Source: Octopus vulgaris (taxonomy: Eukaryota). Taken from it: a stretch of 64,000 nucleotides of DNA. Shown piece by piece: positions 14,328 to 28,167 of the stretch (positions are counted from its first letter, which is position 1; each line of letters starts with the position of its first letter). The translations under genes and the position numbers were made by a program. The notes beneath the pieces were generated by a model. It was not told where the DNA came from. It saw only the letters and a list, made by a program, of their open reading frames with translations, and made no database searches. The DNA lies in the NCBI GenBank assembly GCA_951406725.2, contig OX597830.1:76136001-76200000 (forward strand). Reading direction: 5' to 3'.

Positions 14328-14761
14328 TACACACACACATGCATATGTATCTATACAGAACCTGAGATGGTGTTTTATAACCCAAAGTAGGTACCATTCG
14401 TTTCCTAATTCTTTTTACCTGATCTCTTTGAATATTTCAATTAAATTTTGAGGAATTGTGGTCCTTCATTTAAATCATTGTATGTTTGTGATCATTGCAT
14501 ATATATCAGTGCCATTAATTGTAACCAAAAGAACACACTCATACATACACATACACAGACATATATATGTATGTGTGTGTGCGTGTCTGTGTGCGTGTGT
14601 GTATACCTGTGTGTGTGTGTGCGTGACAACGCGAATATGTATGGATATGTGGGTGTCAAAATATGCATGTGTATGTGTGTGTGTATGTAAGTGTGTATAT
14701 ATGTATTTATATGTGTATACACATGCCTGAACGTATTTGTATATACTATACGTGCATATAT

Positions 14762-14879
14762 CTTACGGCCATATCACGTTGAAAGCACCGGTTCTCGTCC
14801 GATCACCGGAGTTAAGCAACATCGAGCCTAGTTAGTACTGAGATGGGTGACCGCTTGGGAAACCTAGGTGCTGTAAGCA
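14762..14879 (+). pseudogene. 5S rRNA-derived sequence (head of a 5S-type SINE)
   Basis: Near full-length eukaryotic 5S: CTTACGGCCATATCACGTTGAAAGCACCGGTTCTCGTCCGATCACCGGAGTTAAGC...GATGGGTGACCGCTTGGGAAACCTAGGTGCTGTAAGC. Terminal helix CTTAC/GTAAG and box A/C are present. Solitary, with no T4 terminator directly after. Confidence 0.93.
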
Positions 14880-14958
14880 TTCCATTTACTACAGCGGTGG
14901 TGCCCCAGCATGACCGTGGCCTTCGGGCTAAAACATTTTAAAGGATTTTAAGGATTTA
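14762..14958 (+). mobile_element. 5S-headed SINE (SINE3-type) with LINE-like 3' tail
   Basis: 5S is followed by GGTGGTGCCCCAGCATGACCG-TGGCC-TTCG-GGCTA-AAAC and (AAGGATTTT) repeats. This tail is homologous to the family A tail. Confidence 0.75.
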
Positions 14959-14989
14959 TATGTAAATCTATACATGCTTATGTACATGT

Positions 14990-15128
14990 AAATATACGTA
15001 TATACATACATATACACACATCCATCCATCCATCTATACATACATACATACATACATACATTCATACATACATACATGCATACATTCATACATACATACA
15101 TACATACATACATACATACATACATACA

Positions 15129-15159
<31 letters not shown>

Positions 15160-15381
15160 GCAGCGTACTATCCATTATCTGATGTTATATTCATGTATTA
15201 TACACGTATACTAAATTATACGTTTACGAATACACATATATTGTATATACGTATATTTTTCATGTATTATATACATGATATATATATTATATATCATTTT
15301 GTATTCGATATCTATTTTCTGTATTTTAATTAGTTTGAATGTAAATTTGAGAAGTATTATATATTCTATGTGTGTGCATAC

Positions 15382-15427
<46 letters not shown>

Positions 15428-15449
15428 TGCAAATACATTAAATACTTTT

Positions 15450-15492
<43 letters not shown>

Positions 15493-15930
15493 ACACGTAT
15501 AATATATACTTTTATATATAAATATATATTGGCATTACATGCATATACAAGCACGTACATATATATATACATAAGTACATATATACATACATACTTACAC
15601 ACATACATACACACATACACACATACTTACACACATACACACACACATACATACATACATACATACATACACACATACTCACACACATACATACATACAT
15701 ACATACTTACACACATACGCACATTCATACACACATACATACATACATACATACTTACACACATACTCACACACATACATACATACATACATACATACAT
15801 ACATACATACATACATACATACATACATACATACATACATACATACATACATACATACATACATACATACATACATACATACATACATACATACATACAT
15901 ACATACATACATACATTCATACATATATGC
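14990..15930. repeat. (CATA)n and (TA)n microsatellites
   Basis: Directly visible. Confidence 0.9.
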
Positions 15931-16559
15931 ATGTACACAATATATATAAATGTGGTGGAATACTTTTCCGTTGTTGTTTATTTTAAATAAGTATTGAAAC
16001 TTTCATTGTGCTTTTGTTTATCTTGTTTATCAATTTTTTCTTCATATTTTTATATTATTTCCATGTAGTTTGCTTTAATAATATATTTCAAAAATCAATA
16101 ATCGACATTTCTAAACCTTCATGGTCTCATCTTCAGCATGAAGTGTTGTTGGTGCATGTTGTTTGTAGGCAGAGCCAATATACCTACAGTAGTTCTGACA
16201 GTTATATTTATGCTATCAGCGAGATGTGTATTTTCACTTACTATGGTTACTGCTTCCTTTATATATCACCTTTTATTTTTGTGCGGAATTCATTAGAATA
16301 TCGATGTTATTTTGACTGATTATTTTCCTATCTAATGTGTTGATCTGTTATGTAATACTATACACCTTGTCGTAAGTGCATAGGGAGCCGACGCAAGCAT
16401 GTTGTTTTTGTATGGCCAATATAACAGATTCGAGAAATTTGCAACTTTCACGTTTGCCTTCGAATTCGTATATCACTTTGTTCATTTATATGGAATGGTA
16501 ATAAAAATATAGAAATAAACTCGGCTCTCCATCTCCATACTATTTCGAGAAAACACATC

Positions 16560-16770
16560 ATCACACAAGATCGTTATACATTAAGATAACTTCATCAAGG
16601 AATACACACCAAAAGGACAGATTTTTTATGGACATCTGAAGATTTCATAATGATCTTAGAACAAACGAAATAGATAACATTTTCGCATAAATCTTTGGTT
16701 ACAAATGCTCGAGAATAAAACCACCAGAAGTGCCAGCTAACATACTGATAAAGGTTTTAGCATCTTTTAC
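16560..16770 (+). mobile_element. Possible decayed Penelope-like RT fragment
   Basis: Translates to ..TPKGQIFYGHLKI.., weakly like the PLE FYGLPKIHK motif. Heavily degenerate. Confidence 0.3.
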
Positions 16771-16954
16771 ATGAGAAATAACCAGTTGCTACCCATAATG
16801 CAAATTATAAAAACAAAACAACAGAATTCCAATGTGTTTCTGTCAGCGTTCAGGTTTACGTTGATCTATGCGGCTGCAATGAAAAAATAAACATGCATAC
16901 GTATTTTTGTATATGTGTGTGTGTGTGTGAGAGAGAGAGAGAGTGGGGGAGGGG

Positions 16955-17120
16955 TAGGCGCAGGCATGGGTGTGTGGTAAGTAGCTTGCTTCCCAATCAC
17001 ATGGTTCCGGGTTCAGTCTCACTTGTGTGGCAACTTGGGCAAATGTCTTCAAATATAACGTCAGGCCAGCCGAAGCCTTGTGAGAAGATTTGGTAGACGG
17101 AAACTGAAAGAAACCCGTCG

Positions 17121-17187
<67 letters not shown>

Positions 17188-17190
17188 CAC

Positions 17191-17247
<57 letters not shown>

Positions 17248-17490
17248 CATACACACACACACACACAAATATGTATGTAATTATGTGTGTGTCTGTGTTT
17301 GTCTCACCCACTATCGATTGACAACCGATGTCAGTGTGTTTGCCCTTGTAGCATTGTGGATCGGCAAAAGACACCGATAAAATAAGTACTAGGCTTTAAA
17401 GAGAGTAATTCTTGGGGTTGATTTCTTTAACTAAAACCGTTTAAAGCAGTGCTCCAGCGTGTCCGCAGTCTAATGACTGAAACAAGTAAA
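16955..17490 (+). mobile_element. SINE family A
   Basis: Full head-core-microsatellite-tail structure. Confidence 0.88.
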
Positions 17491-17518
17491 ACAACTCCTC
17501 TTCTGTAATATAAGTATG

Positions 17519-17552
<34 letters not shown>

Positions 17553-17574
17553 AACGTCTAGACACACACACACA

Positions 17575-17615
<41 letters not shown>

Positions 17616-17817
17616 GTGTATGTACATCCACGCATATATATATTTATGTATGTATATATGTATGTATGTATGTATGTATGCATATATATATATATATATA
17701 TAAATATATATATGTACATACATATATACATACATACATACATATATATATATGTGTGTGTATATATGTATATATATGTATATATATATACACACACAGA
17801 GACTCACACACACACAT

Positions 17818-17852
<35 letters not shown>

Positions 17853-18285
17853 ATATCCATCATGTGGTTGATATGCTCCTCGGCTCTTTGTAATGTGCAT
17901 ACAACTTCATAGTAGACATAGCAAAGTTGAAAGGAAGAACTTAAAACAACCCCGTACTAAACACTTAACTCCAGAACTTGTACGAACACAATCTTCCTGC
18001 AATATAATAGCTCCATATTTTACATATATATCCTAAGATAATAAGCAACAGGTTCGTCACTTCTGTTTCCATTAAAGACACACGTGAACATATTTATATT
18101 TATTTATGTAGAGGCAGATAATGTAATCTCAGATGGGAAATATATGAGTGAAAATCCTTAATTAAAAGGGTATTACGGTTCAACTCGACTTCAGTAGATG
18201 TCTGGTATTATATTTATCTAATTGATCACTTTATGGACACAAATACGACACTATAAATGCATAAGATACAAAACCTAATGACACA

Positions 18286-18325
<40 letters not shown>

Positions 18326-18429
18326 ATATATATATATATGTGTGTATATATCCATGTATATATATGTATATATATGTATCCATGATTAAATATCATTTAC
18401 TACCATGTTTCTATTGATGGGACATGCCT

Positions 18430-18727
<298 letters not shown>

Positions 18728-18734
18728 TGTATAT

Positions 18735-18965
18735 GGCATCTTGGCAAGTGTCTTCTGCTATAGCCTCAGGCCGACCAAAGCCTTGTGAGTGGATTTGGTA
18801 AACGGAAACTTAAAGAAGCCTGTCATATATATATATATGTATGTATGTGTGTGTAAGTACTGGGCTTATAAAGAATAAGTCCCGTGGTCGATTTGCTCGA
18901 CTAAAGGCGGTGCTCCAGCATGGCCGCAGTCAAATGACTGAAACAAGTAAAAAAGAGTAAAAAAA
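18735..18965 (+). mobile_element. SINE family A, partial with internal deletion
   Basis: Core and tail match family A. Confidence 0.85.
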
Positions 18966-18976
18966 AAAAAAAAGAG

Positions 18977-19030
<54 letters not shown>

Positions 19031-19399
19031 TGTATATAAAATCCACGACAGCTGTTTCGGTAGATTTTATTTAAATATATTGTAAAGGAGTATATCATAA
19101 TATACCATGTACCGTCAACAGGTAAAGTTTTAGCAGTCCACCTGGATATGGCCAACATTTGACCAGGAGTATACAATGTTCTTTTATATCACTCGAGCTC
19201 TTTGTTTTATCTATAAGGTATCCTCATAACTAATTTATATATTTGTGTGTGTATATGTTTGAATATATACATATATATACATATATATGTATATGTGTGT
19301 ATGTATAAATATATACATACATATATGTAAGTATATACATGTATAATATATATATACATATATACATACATACATACATACACTCACATACCCACATAT

Positions 19400-19436
<37 letters not shown>

Positions 19437-19439
<3 letters not shown>

Positions 19440-19635
19440 TTTATTTTTTCAGTCATTTGACTGCAGCCATGCTGGAGCACCGCCTTTAGTCGAACGAATC
19501 AACCCTAAGACTTATTCTTTGCAAACCTAGTACTTATTTTATCGGTCTCTTTTGCTGAACTGTTAAGTTACGGAGGCGTAAGCACACTAACATCGGTTGT
19601 CAATCGATAGTGGGGTTGACAAACACAGACACACA

Positions 19636-19697
<62 letters not shown>

Positions 19698-19818
19698 CAA
19701 TAATTATAAGGGTAAAATTAATTAATTAATTAACTAGTAATTAATAATTTTACCAAACAGTGTTCAGTATGTAAAAGGACCATATACGGTAAATTTAAAC
19801 ATTATTTTTTGCTGAACC

Positions 19819-19887
<69 letters not shown>

Positions 19888-20018
19888 GACGGGCTTCTTT
19901 CAGTTTCCGTCTACCAAATCCACTCACAAGGCAGAAGACACTTTCCCAAAGTATCACGCAGCGGGACTGAACCCGGAAGCATGTGGTTGGGTATCAAGCT
20001 TCCAGTTACGGCCTACCA
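19437..20018 (-). mobile_element. SINE family A with a ~130-bp insertion in its internal (TA)n
   Basis: Reverse-complement family A. Island 19694-19822 lies between two (TA)n tracts. Confidence 0.85.
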
Positions 20019-20074
20019 CATAGATTTTATCATATAATTCTTGTATATCAAAAGATACGTAAGACGTACTTCTA

Positions 20075-20580
20075 GGCGTAGACATTCCTGTGTATTTAAA
20101 AAGTTCGCTCTGCAACCACTTTGGTTTCAGATTCAGTTCCATTACGCGACAACTCGGGTACGTATCTTCTACAATAGCACCGGGCCAGCCAATCCGTTAT
20201 TGGGTGACATTGGTAAAGGGGAAACTGCTGTGCGGAAGTCATTCGTATAGGCATAACTACAAACACGCATACATACATACATGCATACATACAGACAGAC
20301 ATACATACAAACATACATACGTACGTAAGTACGTACGCATGTATATATACGCATATATGTGTCTTATCTGTTTTTGCGTCTTTGTAACTATGTTTGTCTC
20401 CTGGCACATCATCTGATAACCGGTGTTGGTTTGTTTACGTAACTATAACTAGGCGGTTTGGCAAAAAGAGAGACTCTTAAAATAAGCACAAGGGTCGATT
20501 TGCTTGACTAAAGCCCCTTCAAGGTGATGTACCAGCATGGCTGTTGGCCAATGAATGAAACAGCTAAAAGATAAAGGACA
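20075..20580 (+). mobile_element. SINE family A, diverged
   Basis: Degenerate head, GGAAACTG core and CCAGCATGGC tail. Confidence 0.7.
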
Positions 20581-20983
20581 AAAGTATTTGTTCTTCATGT
20601 GGTTCTATACTTTACATTTTAATTTTTTCTTTCTTTTTCGTTTCGTTCTTTCTTTATTCATTTTCCCGTCCATATAGGTGTAGGAGTGGCTGTGTGGTAA
20701 CTAGCTTGCTAACGAACCACCTGGTTCCAGGCGCATCATAGGATGACTAGGAAAAACCAGAGGAAGGGTTGCGAGGGTTAGGTTTCCATAGGAGATGATA
20801 AATAGAAAATACTTCATGATCCCCAAAAATTTCACTGACGAAGTGTCCAGGAACATCATAGGATGGCATTTGAAAAAACAAGAACAAGTGTTGCGAGGTT
20901 TAGGTTTCTTAATTAGATGATGAAGCGCAGAACATATCTTGTGTGAGTTGTGTTTCTGAAATGAATAACGACTGTGGAGAGCG

Positions 20984-21060
20984 CAGGCGTCCGCAACCAC
21001 GGGGTTCCTTGGACCAGTAATGGACTGTGGATGATTTCGTACCGGGCCCCACAGAAAGTA
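20984..21060 (+). mobile_element. hAT/Charlie-like transposon terminal fragment
   Basis: CAGGCGTCCGCAACCACGGGG..GGACCAGTA..GTGGATGATTTCGTACCGGGCCCCACAGAAA resembles MER1/Charlie-type termini (from memory). No partner end found. Confidence 0.5.
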
Positions 21061-21119
21061 TGAATTTTTACATTACTTCTATGTTGCTAATTGTCTGCAG
21101 GGTATTTTGGCATTTGTTT

Positions 21120-21400
21120 TGTATCTTTTACTAGTTTCTGTCCTTACACTGAGTCCATGCCGGGGCACCGCCTTTAAATGTTTAGTCGAACAAATCGACC
21201 CCATTATGTTCCACTTGTCTCTTTTTACAGGGACATAAACAAACGAACACTTATTATAAAGTGGTGGTGGGGAACAAACACAAAGATACACCCACATAAA
21301 CATAATATAAAGATAGACCGATCGATCGGTAGATAGATAGATAGATAGAAACGACGGGCTTCTTACAGTTTCCGTCGACCAAATTCACTCAGAAGGTTGC
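21120..21400 (-). mobile_element. SINE family A, diverged partial
   Basis: Reverse-complement tail and core. Confidence 0.7.
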
Positions 21401-21439
21401 TCTAACCACTAGGCTAATATACCTACACACACACACAAA

Positions 21440-21496
<57 letters not shown>

Positions 21497-22020
21497 CTAT
21501 GTGTTATATATGTAATAATTAAATTTCATATTATGTTCCCTATTGTGTTTTGTTATACGCGTGAACCGTCGGTCTGTGGTGCAAGAAGCGCATTGTTGTC
21601 CACTGGTGTATGTAGAGTATTTGTTGTGTGAATTATGTAGTATGTGTACTGCTACGAACTATGCAATTTAAATAAGTATTGAACTGAAGATTTTTGCGTA
21701 TAATATAGGCTCCGTGTAAACTCTGAGATGCTTCTTTTAAGCTTCGATGCCTGGTTCTCATTATAAGTACGTTAATCCTTCAATTGTTACAGGAACATTT
21801 TGTTCTTTTTTAGTTTCGTATACGCACCACACAGCGTATATATATATATATATATGTTGCTTACTATTAGGTTGATGGTAATATTGCATGTTAAGTAACA
21901 AAAAAAAGTTATTCAAATGAGGTTTGCTGCTGTACATTTTGAATTATACAAGGCAATGTGTATTACATCGTAAATTTTTATAACAATATAATTTTAGACA
22001 TACTTAGGGACACAAAGGTG

Positions 22021-22086
<66 letters not shown>

Positions 22087-22276
22087 TGTGTGTATATATA
22101 TATACATATACATATACATACATAAGTATATATACATATATATATATCTATTGCAAGCGTATGTAATTTATAATATATAAATGTATACCTAATATATATC
22201 CCTAACATGTTGGCATACATCTATATGATATATATATATATACACACGTATATTTGTATAGATATATATATACATG

Positions 22277-22313
<37 letters not shown>

Positions 22314-22779
22314 AATATAATATAATAAATAGAGAGACATATATATAGTGATATTTGTGTACATATATACATGTGTTTTTATATATATATACGTAGATAC
22401 AATAAAAATCCACTCACACACACACACATGCGTGTTTGTGTGTATCTGTGTGTGTGTGAGAGCACGAACGTGTTTATAGATACAGAATGGATAGAACCCA
22501 CTGCCCCCGCTTTCATCTGTGGTTAATTTCATAGTTGTTCTTGTAGTAATTGCTATTTTTTCTATTGTCATTGATGTTGTTTTACTCGAGCCCAAATTTT
22601 GAACCTTCACCGACTTCCATCCGATTAAAAACGATCAGCAAATCTTTTATTTCCAGATATAGATTAAGTAGGACCGTACCATTTGAGGACAATATTGATT
22701 TGGTGGGGAAATAGAATCATTTATCTTTTATCTTTTATGCTTATCTTTTAGTTGTCCATCTAAACATCATATTCATTGA

Positions 22780-22780
22780 C

Positions 22781-22862
<82 letters not shown>
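22780..22862. repeat. (GATA)n microsatellite
   Basis: Directly visible. Confidence 0.95.
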
Positions 22863-23009
22863 GAACAGATAGGCAGATAGTTAGACAGATAGACAGATAA
22901 GCAAAGATAGAAAGATGAATAGATAGAATGACTGATAGACAAAAATAGATAAACGGATAGAGAGGGATGGAGGAAAGAGAGACAGACAGGCATTGATAAA
23001 AGATAAATA

Positions 23010-23129
23010 GAGACCAACAACAAGGTTATGAGTTCAGTCCCACTGCGTGGCACCTTGGGTAAGTGTCTTCTACTTACCAAAACCTTGTGGGTGTATTTGG
23101 TAGACGGAAACTGAAAGAAGCCCATCGTA

Positions 23130-23161
<32 letters not shown>

Positions 23162-23380
23162 AATATGTGTGTGTGTGTGTATGTTTGTGTGTCTGTGTCC
23201 CCAACCATCGCTTGACAACCGATGCAGGTGTGTTTACGTCCCCGTCACTTAGCGGTTCGGCATAAGAAACAGATAGAATAAGTACTAGGCTTACAAAGAA
23301 TAAGTCCTGGGGTCGATTTGCTCGACTAAAGGCGGTGCTCCAGCATGGTCATAGTCACATGACTGAAACAAGTAAAATAT
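23010..23380 (+). mobile_element. SINE family A
   Basis: Core, microsatellite and tail. Confidence 0.88.
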
Positions 23381-23441
23381 TAAAAAGATACATAGGCACA
23401 TAGACAGACAGTGAGACAAACAGTTAAATAGATAGATATAC

Positions 23442-23535
<94 letters not shown>

Positions 23536-24199
23536 CACAAACTGACAGACAGATAGATAGATAGAAAGGTAGATTGATAGCTAGCTAGATAGATAGATAG
23601 ATAGAGAAAGAGGCGAGAGAGAGAGAGAGAGAAGGACAGGCGAGAGAGAGAGAGAGAGAGAGAGACAGAGACAGAGAGAGTTTAACAATGCTAACTAAAA
23701 TCTTCTGAGTGACTAAAAGTGTTAGTGTATAAGAAAATGCCAAGAAAATCACTAAGTAGGAAATTTAATTTCCTCCCGTTTGAACCGGAAGCATTGCGAA
23801 TATTTCGCGAATAAAGCGTCCCAATTCTCTAAACTGAACATTGGTCCTGTTCTTTTTATAAAACTGTTGCTCCGTTATTGTTGTTGGTAATGATGTTAAT
23901 ATTGTTATTGTTGTTGTTAGTCCGCCATAGAATAAGTCGATGTTATTGTTTAGTCTCGTGTCAGCCCTAATCTAGAAGATCTCTTACTAAAATGTCTATC
24001 GTGGTCGTGTCTACCCTATCTTTTATTCAGTTATCTTGTACCCATAGCATTATATACTGTGCCCTTCCCATTTTTTTAAGTGATTTTAAAATTTAACTGC
24101 TATTTCTCATAGGTCGAGTAACCCCTTAAAGAATACGTAATCGCAATTTTGGTTATTTGCTACCGTCACTGTTCCAAGTCATTGCATTGAGTTCCTTCC

Positions 24200-24460
24200 G
24201 ATAAACTTTGATACCATTTTGTCACCTAATCTCTACCTCAAGGGCTGAAATATCTTTAGTCTCTCTTTCCAAAGTACTATACCCTCAAGACAGATCTTAG
24301 AAAGACCCCAATTTGAATGCCTGATAGAGTCAAAAAGTTTTTGAATGTTCCTTCAACTTAACTAATTATAATTAATAAAGTTAATACTGCCACCAATAAT
24401 TATTGGGGTTAGTATTAACATTTCTTATAGATTTACATTTTTAACTCTGTAAATTCCTTT
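24200..24460 (-). mobile_element. Decayed RTE-clade LINE fragment
   Basis: Minus translation KLFDSIRHSNWGLSKICLEGIV; homologous to 25000-25180 and 54830-54950. Confidence 0.6.
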
Positions 24461-24489
24461 TTTCTGAGTGATTAAAAATTTTTTGCTAG

Positions 24490-24528
24490 CCTTGAATTTG
24501 GTAGAGTGGAAACTAAAAGAAGCCGGTA

Positions 24529-24590
<62 letters not shown>

Positions 24591-24642
24591 ACCGGTTTCT
24601 TTCAGTTTCCCCTCTACCAAATTCAAGGCTAGCAAAAAATTT

Positions 24643-24685
<43 letters not shown>

Positions 24686-24920
24686 TTATTCGTGTATGTC
24701 TTTGTGTCTGTGTTTGTCCCCCCCACCATCACTTGACAACCGATGTTGGTGTTTTTAAGTGCCCATGACTTAGCGGTTCGGCAAAAGAGACCGATAGAAT
24801 AAGTACCAGGCTTACAAAAGAATAAGTTCTGGGAACGATTTTTTCCACTAGAAACCCTTTAAGACGGTGCTCCAGCATGACCACAGTCAAATGACTGAGA
24901 CAAGTAAGAAGTAAAAAGAA
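24490..24920 (+). mobile_element. SINE family A, 5'-truncated, with inverted duplication
   Basis: Core at 24490-24528; 3' half at 24700-24920. Confidence 0.8.
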
Positions 24921-24924
24921 TTGC

Positions 24925-26324
24925 TCGTAAGTCGAGCAACAGTTTACTGGTTCCGTCATTAATGAACTTTTTTAGAACTTTTTGGTAATTTGCAATTACT
25001 GTTCTATGTCAGTACTTTGACTGACACTAATACTGTTTTAGTACTTGATTTCTCCATCTGTTAGTGAGACGTCCTTGGTCTCACTTCCCAGGTATTCTAA
25101 CCTTCCAGACAGATCTTAGACCAAAATATGAATTCTCGATGTAGTCAAACAATTTCAAAGAGATGTTAACAACTTCAAAAAATGTTGGTCTTAAATTTTG
25201 GCATAAGGCCAGCAATTTCGGGGAGGGGAGAATGTAAGTCGATTAAATCTACTGAACTGGTCCTTATTTTATCGATGCCGAAAGGATGAAAGGCAAAGTC
25301 TGTGTCGGTAGAATCTGAACTCAGAACATAAAGACGAACAAAAAGCAGATAAGCATTTTTCACCCGGTGTGCTAATGAATATGCCAGCTTGTCGTATTAC
25401 GTTGTGAGTTCAAATTCCGCCGAGGTCGACTTTGCCTTTCACCCTTTCGGGGTCGATTAAATAAGTACCAGTTACGCACTGGGGTCGATGTAATCGACTT
25501 AATCCGTTTGTCTGTCCTTGTTTGTCCTCTCTGTGTTTAGCCCCTTGTGGGTAGTAAAGAAATAGGTATTTCGTCTGCCGTTACGTTCTGAAATGAAATT
25601 CTGCCGAGGTCGACTTTGTCTTTCATCCTTTCGGAGTGGATAAATTAAGTACCAGTTGCGGACTGGGGTCAAATTTCAGGCCTTGTGCCTAGAGTAGAAA
25701 ATAATATTTTGTCAAGTTAAAACGACAAGCTGGCATATTCATTAGTGCTAACGTTTCTGCCAGCTCGCCGCCTTAACTTGACAAAATATTGATTATAGAA
25801 TTGTCATTTCTTATAGATTTAATATTCTAACTCTGACAGTTACTTGTTTACCAATAATAAATCTAATGACATAGTTTTGAAATGCTTCAATTATCAAAAA
25901 ATGTTTTTGTGACTAGCTGACACAATCTAATCCATACTTAACTACAAAGAAAAAGCAAGTGTTATATATCTTAATTTTGCCTCTAATTAATATTGGATTG
26001 AATTCTTTAGAAAAATCTACCCATGTCAGTACTATTCTGTGATTTGACAGCAACCCCGTTATTGTTTGAAAGCTCGGAGTTCATATCCTTGATAAATATA
26101 TTCTACTTCTTGTTGTACGGGGCTGTTATAAATTGTCACGTCTATGTTTGTCTGTATCTTATTTGTAGTGTTGCACTTAGTCTCTTCAAAATTAATTTAG
26201 AATTGGGGAACCCCCAGTTCTTTTACATTTGCAGCTGTGATTAATGACATCGTGAATGTCTAGCAATGCTGTTGTCAATAGAAACAATATACTTCCTACA
26301 ACATCAGTTGGAGAATGCTTGATT

Positions 26325-26325
<1 letters not shown>
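24925..26325 (-). mobile_element. Decayed RTE-clade LINE (RT C-terminal region) interrupted by SINE B at 25185-25790
   Basis: Minus translations KIKIYNTCFFFVVKYGLD, SLKLFDYI and KICLEG..PGK*DQGRLTNRWRNQV resemble RTE motifs. Colinear DNA homology with 54400-55555. Confidence 0.7.
25185..25772. mobile_element. SINE family B copies with an internal inversion
   Basis: Old minus copy 25185-25395; plus-strand body 25397-25700; minus head 25746-25772. Confidence 0.85.
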
Positions 26326-26367
<42 letters not shown>

Positions 26368-26484
26368 GAGAGAGAGAGAGAGAGAGAGAAAGCAGTATAT
26401 TTTTCACTTTCAGAAATATAGTTAAGAGAACAACCGGAAAAAATGTCCTCTGGATTAACACTTTTAAACATTATAAACACATTA

Positions 26485-27205
26485 GGTGGTGAGCTGGCAG
26501 AATCGTTACCACGCTGGTCAAAACATTTAGCGGCATTTCATCTGTCCTTATGTTCTGAATTCAAATTCCGCCGAGATCGACTTTTCCTTTCATTATTTCG
26601 GGGTCCATAAAACAAGTCCCAATTACGTACTGGGGACGATGTAATCGACTTAATCCCTCCCAAAATCTCAGGCCTTGTGCCCATAGCAGACTCGTTAGCA
26701 CTCCGGACAAAATGTTTAGCGATATTTTGACCATCTTTACGTTCTGAGTTCAAATTCCACGGAGATCGACTTTGTCAGTCATGCTTCCGGGTCGATAAAA
26801 TAAGTACCAGTTGAAAACTAGGGGGCCATGCAATCGACCTCATCCCCTCAACCTGAATTTCAGGCCTTATATCTCTAGGGGAAAAGAATATTATTTTCAA
26901 ATTTTGGCCCAAGGCCAGCAATTTCGGGTGAAGGTATAAGTCAATTACATCGACCCCAGTGTTTAACTGGTATTTATTTTCGACCCCGAAAGGGTAAAGG
27001 CAAAGTCGATCCCTGGGGAATTTGAACTTAGATCTTAAAGATAGACGGAATGTCGCTAAGCATTTTGCCCATCGTGCTAATGGTTCTGCCGACTCATCGT
27101 CCTTGTAGAAAGGAATATTAATTCCTGAATCTACAAAATATTTAGCGGTATTCCTTCCGGTTTTACTTTTTAAGTTCAAATTCCGTTGAGGTCGATTTTG
27201 CTTTG
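26485..27205. mobile_element. Cluster of four SINE family B copies
   Basis: Plus 26485-26685 and 26690-26890, minus 26895-27095, partial plus 27130-27205. Confidence 0.85.
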
Positions 27206-27357
27206 AGGGAATGCTGCTCATTGTCACACCAAGTTTCTGTCAAAACAAACACTCATCACTCACCATCCTATGATTTGTGAATAACAACATTAATGAGTTA
27301 GAAATATGCATAAGTATATACATACGTTCGTCCGTGCGAACGTAAGCACGCATGCAC

Positions 27358-27389
<32 letters not shown>

Positions 27390-27671
27390 GCGCACACACG
27401 CGCGCGCACGCACAAACATTAATTGGCTGAGAAATTACGAACCAAGGGGTTTGTGCATAGCTTCTATCTAACAATGAAAGACATGAATGAAACTCGGCTT
27501 TTGAATCACATTGTTGACTTCCCTGCAGATTAAGCACTTTCTTAAATCCAAGTCTCTGTACACACGCACACACACACACACACATACACACACACACATA
27601 CACATACACATGGACACACACATACGCACGCACATACCCCCCACATACTCACGTACACACATATACATTTA

Positions 27672-28167
27672 ACGTAAATCTTCGAGTATAGTCCGCTCTT
27701 GAGTAGGAAGTTTTAGGGGGCTGTACCTCTGAAAAACCTAAACCTTGTGTATAATACGCACTCCTTCTCTAATTAAGCTAGCAGCACCTAGTCGAACAAA
27801 CACTTTCGCGCATGCGTAATACAATAATGATGATGTTCTCAACTTTTATAAGCGAATACAAATATGTTTGCAAATTGTTTTTGTTACATGTTATTCTGTG
27901 TTCTGAATACTTTTATTTTAATAAATATTGCTTACTGCAAGTTATGGATGATTCTTTTATGACTTCATTGCTTTCAGGATTAGCTTAAGGTATTTTCGCG
28001 CCCGACATCACAAAATGCGTCTGGATAAACATTGCCAGACAGAAAATATAGACTCGGACATTGCTTAGAAAATATTTTTCATTTTTAACCTCGTATATAG
28101 TACGCACTAGGGATATTGACTTTTAAATTATAGGAAAAAAATGGGGATTATACTCGAGGATTTACAG
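27672..28167. mobile_element. Tc1/mariner-superfamily (Tc2/pogo-like) MITE
   Basis: Imperfect 23-bp TIRs ACGTAAATCTTCGAGTATAGTCC / GGATTATACTCGAGGATTTACAG, TA on both sides, no ORF. Confidence 0.8.

Noticed and set aside
14762-14879. Functional 5S rRNA gene
   Set aside because: Solitary, first base is not G, no immediate oligo-T terminator, fused to a retroposon tail
19044-19070. Half hammerhead GAAAC-agct-GTC on the minus strand (similar partial motifs near 3203-3225, 16100-16140, 33830-33870 and 53605-53630)
   Set aside because: Partner core or stems are missing or broken, so not counted as ribozymes
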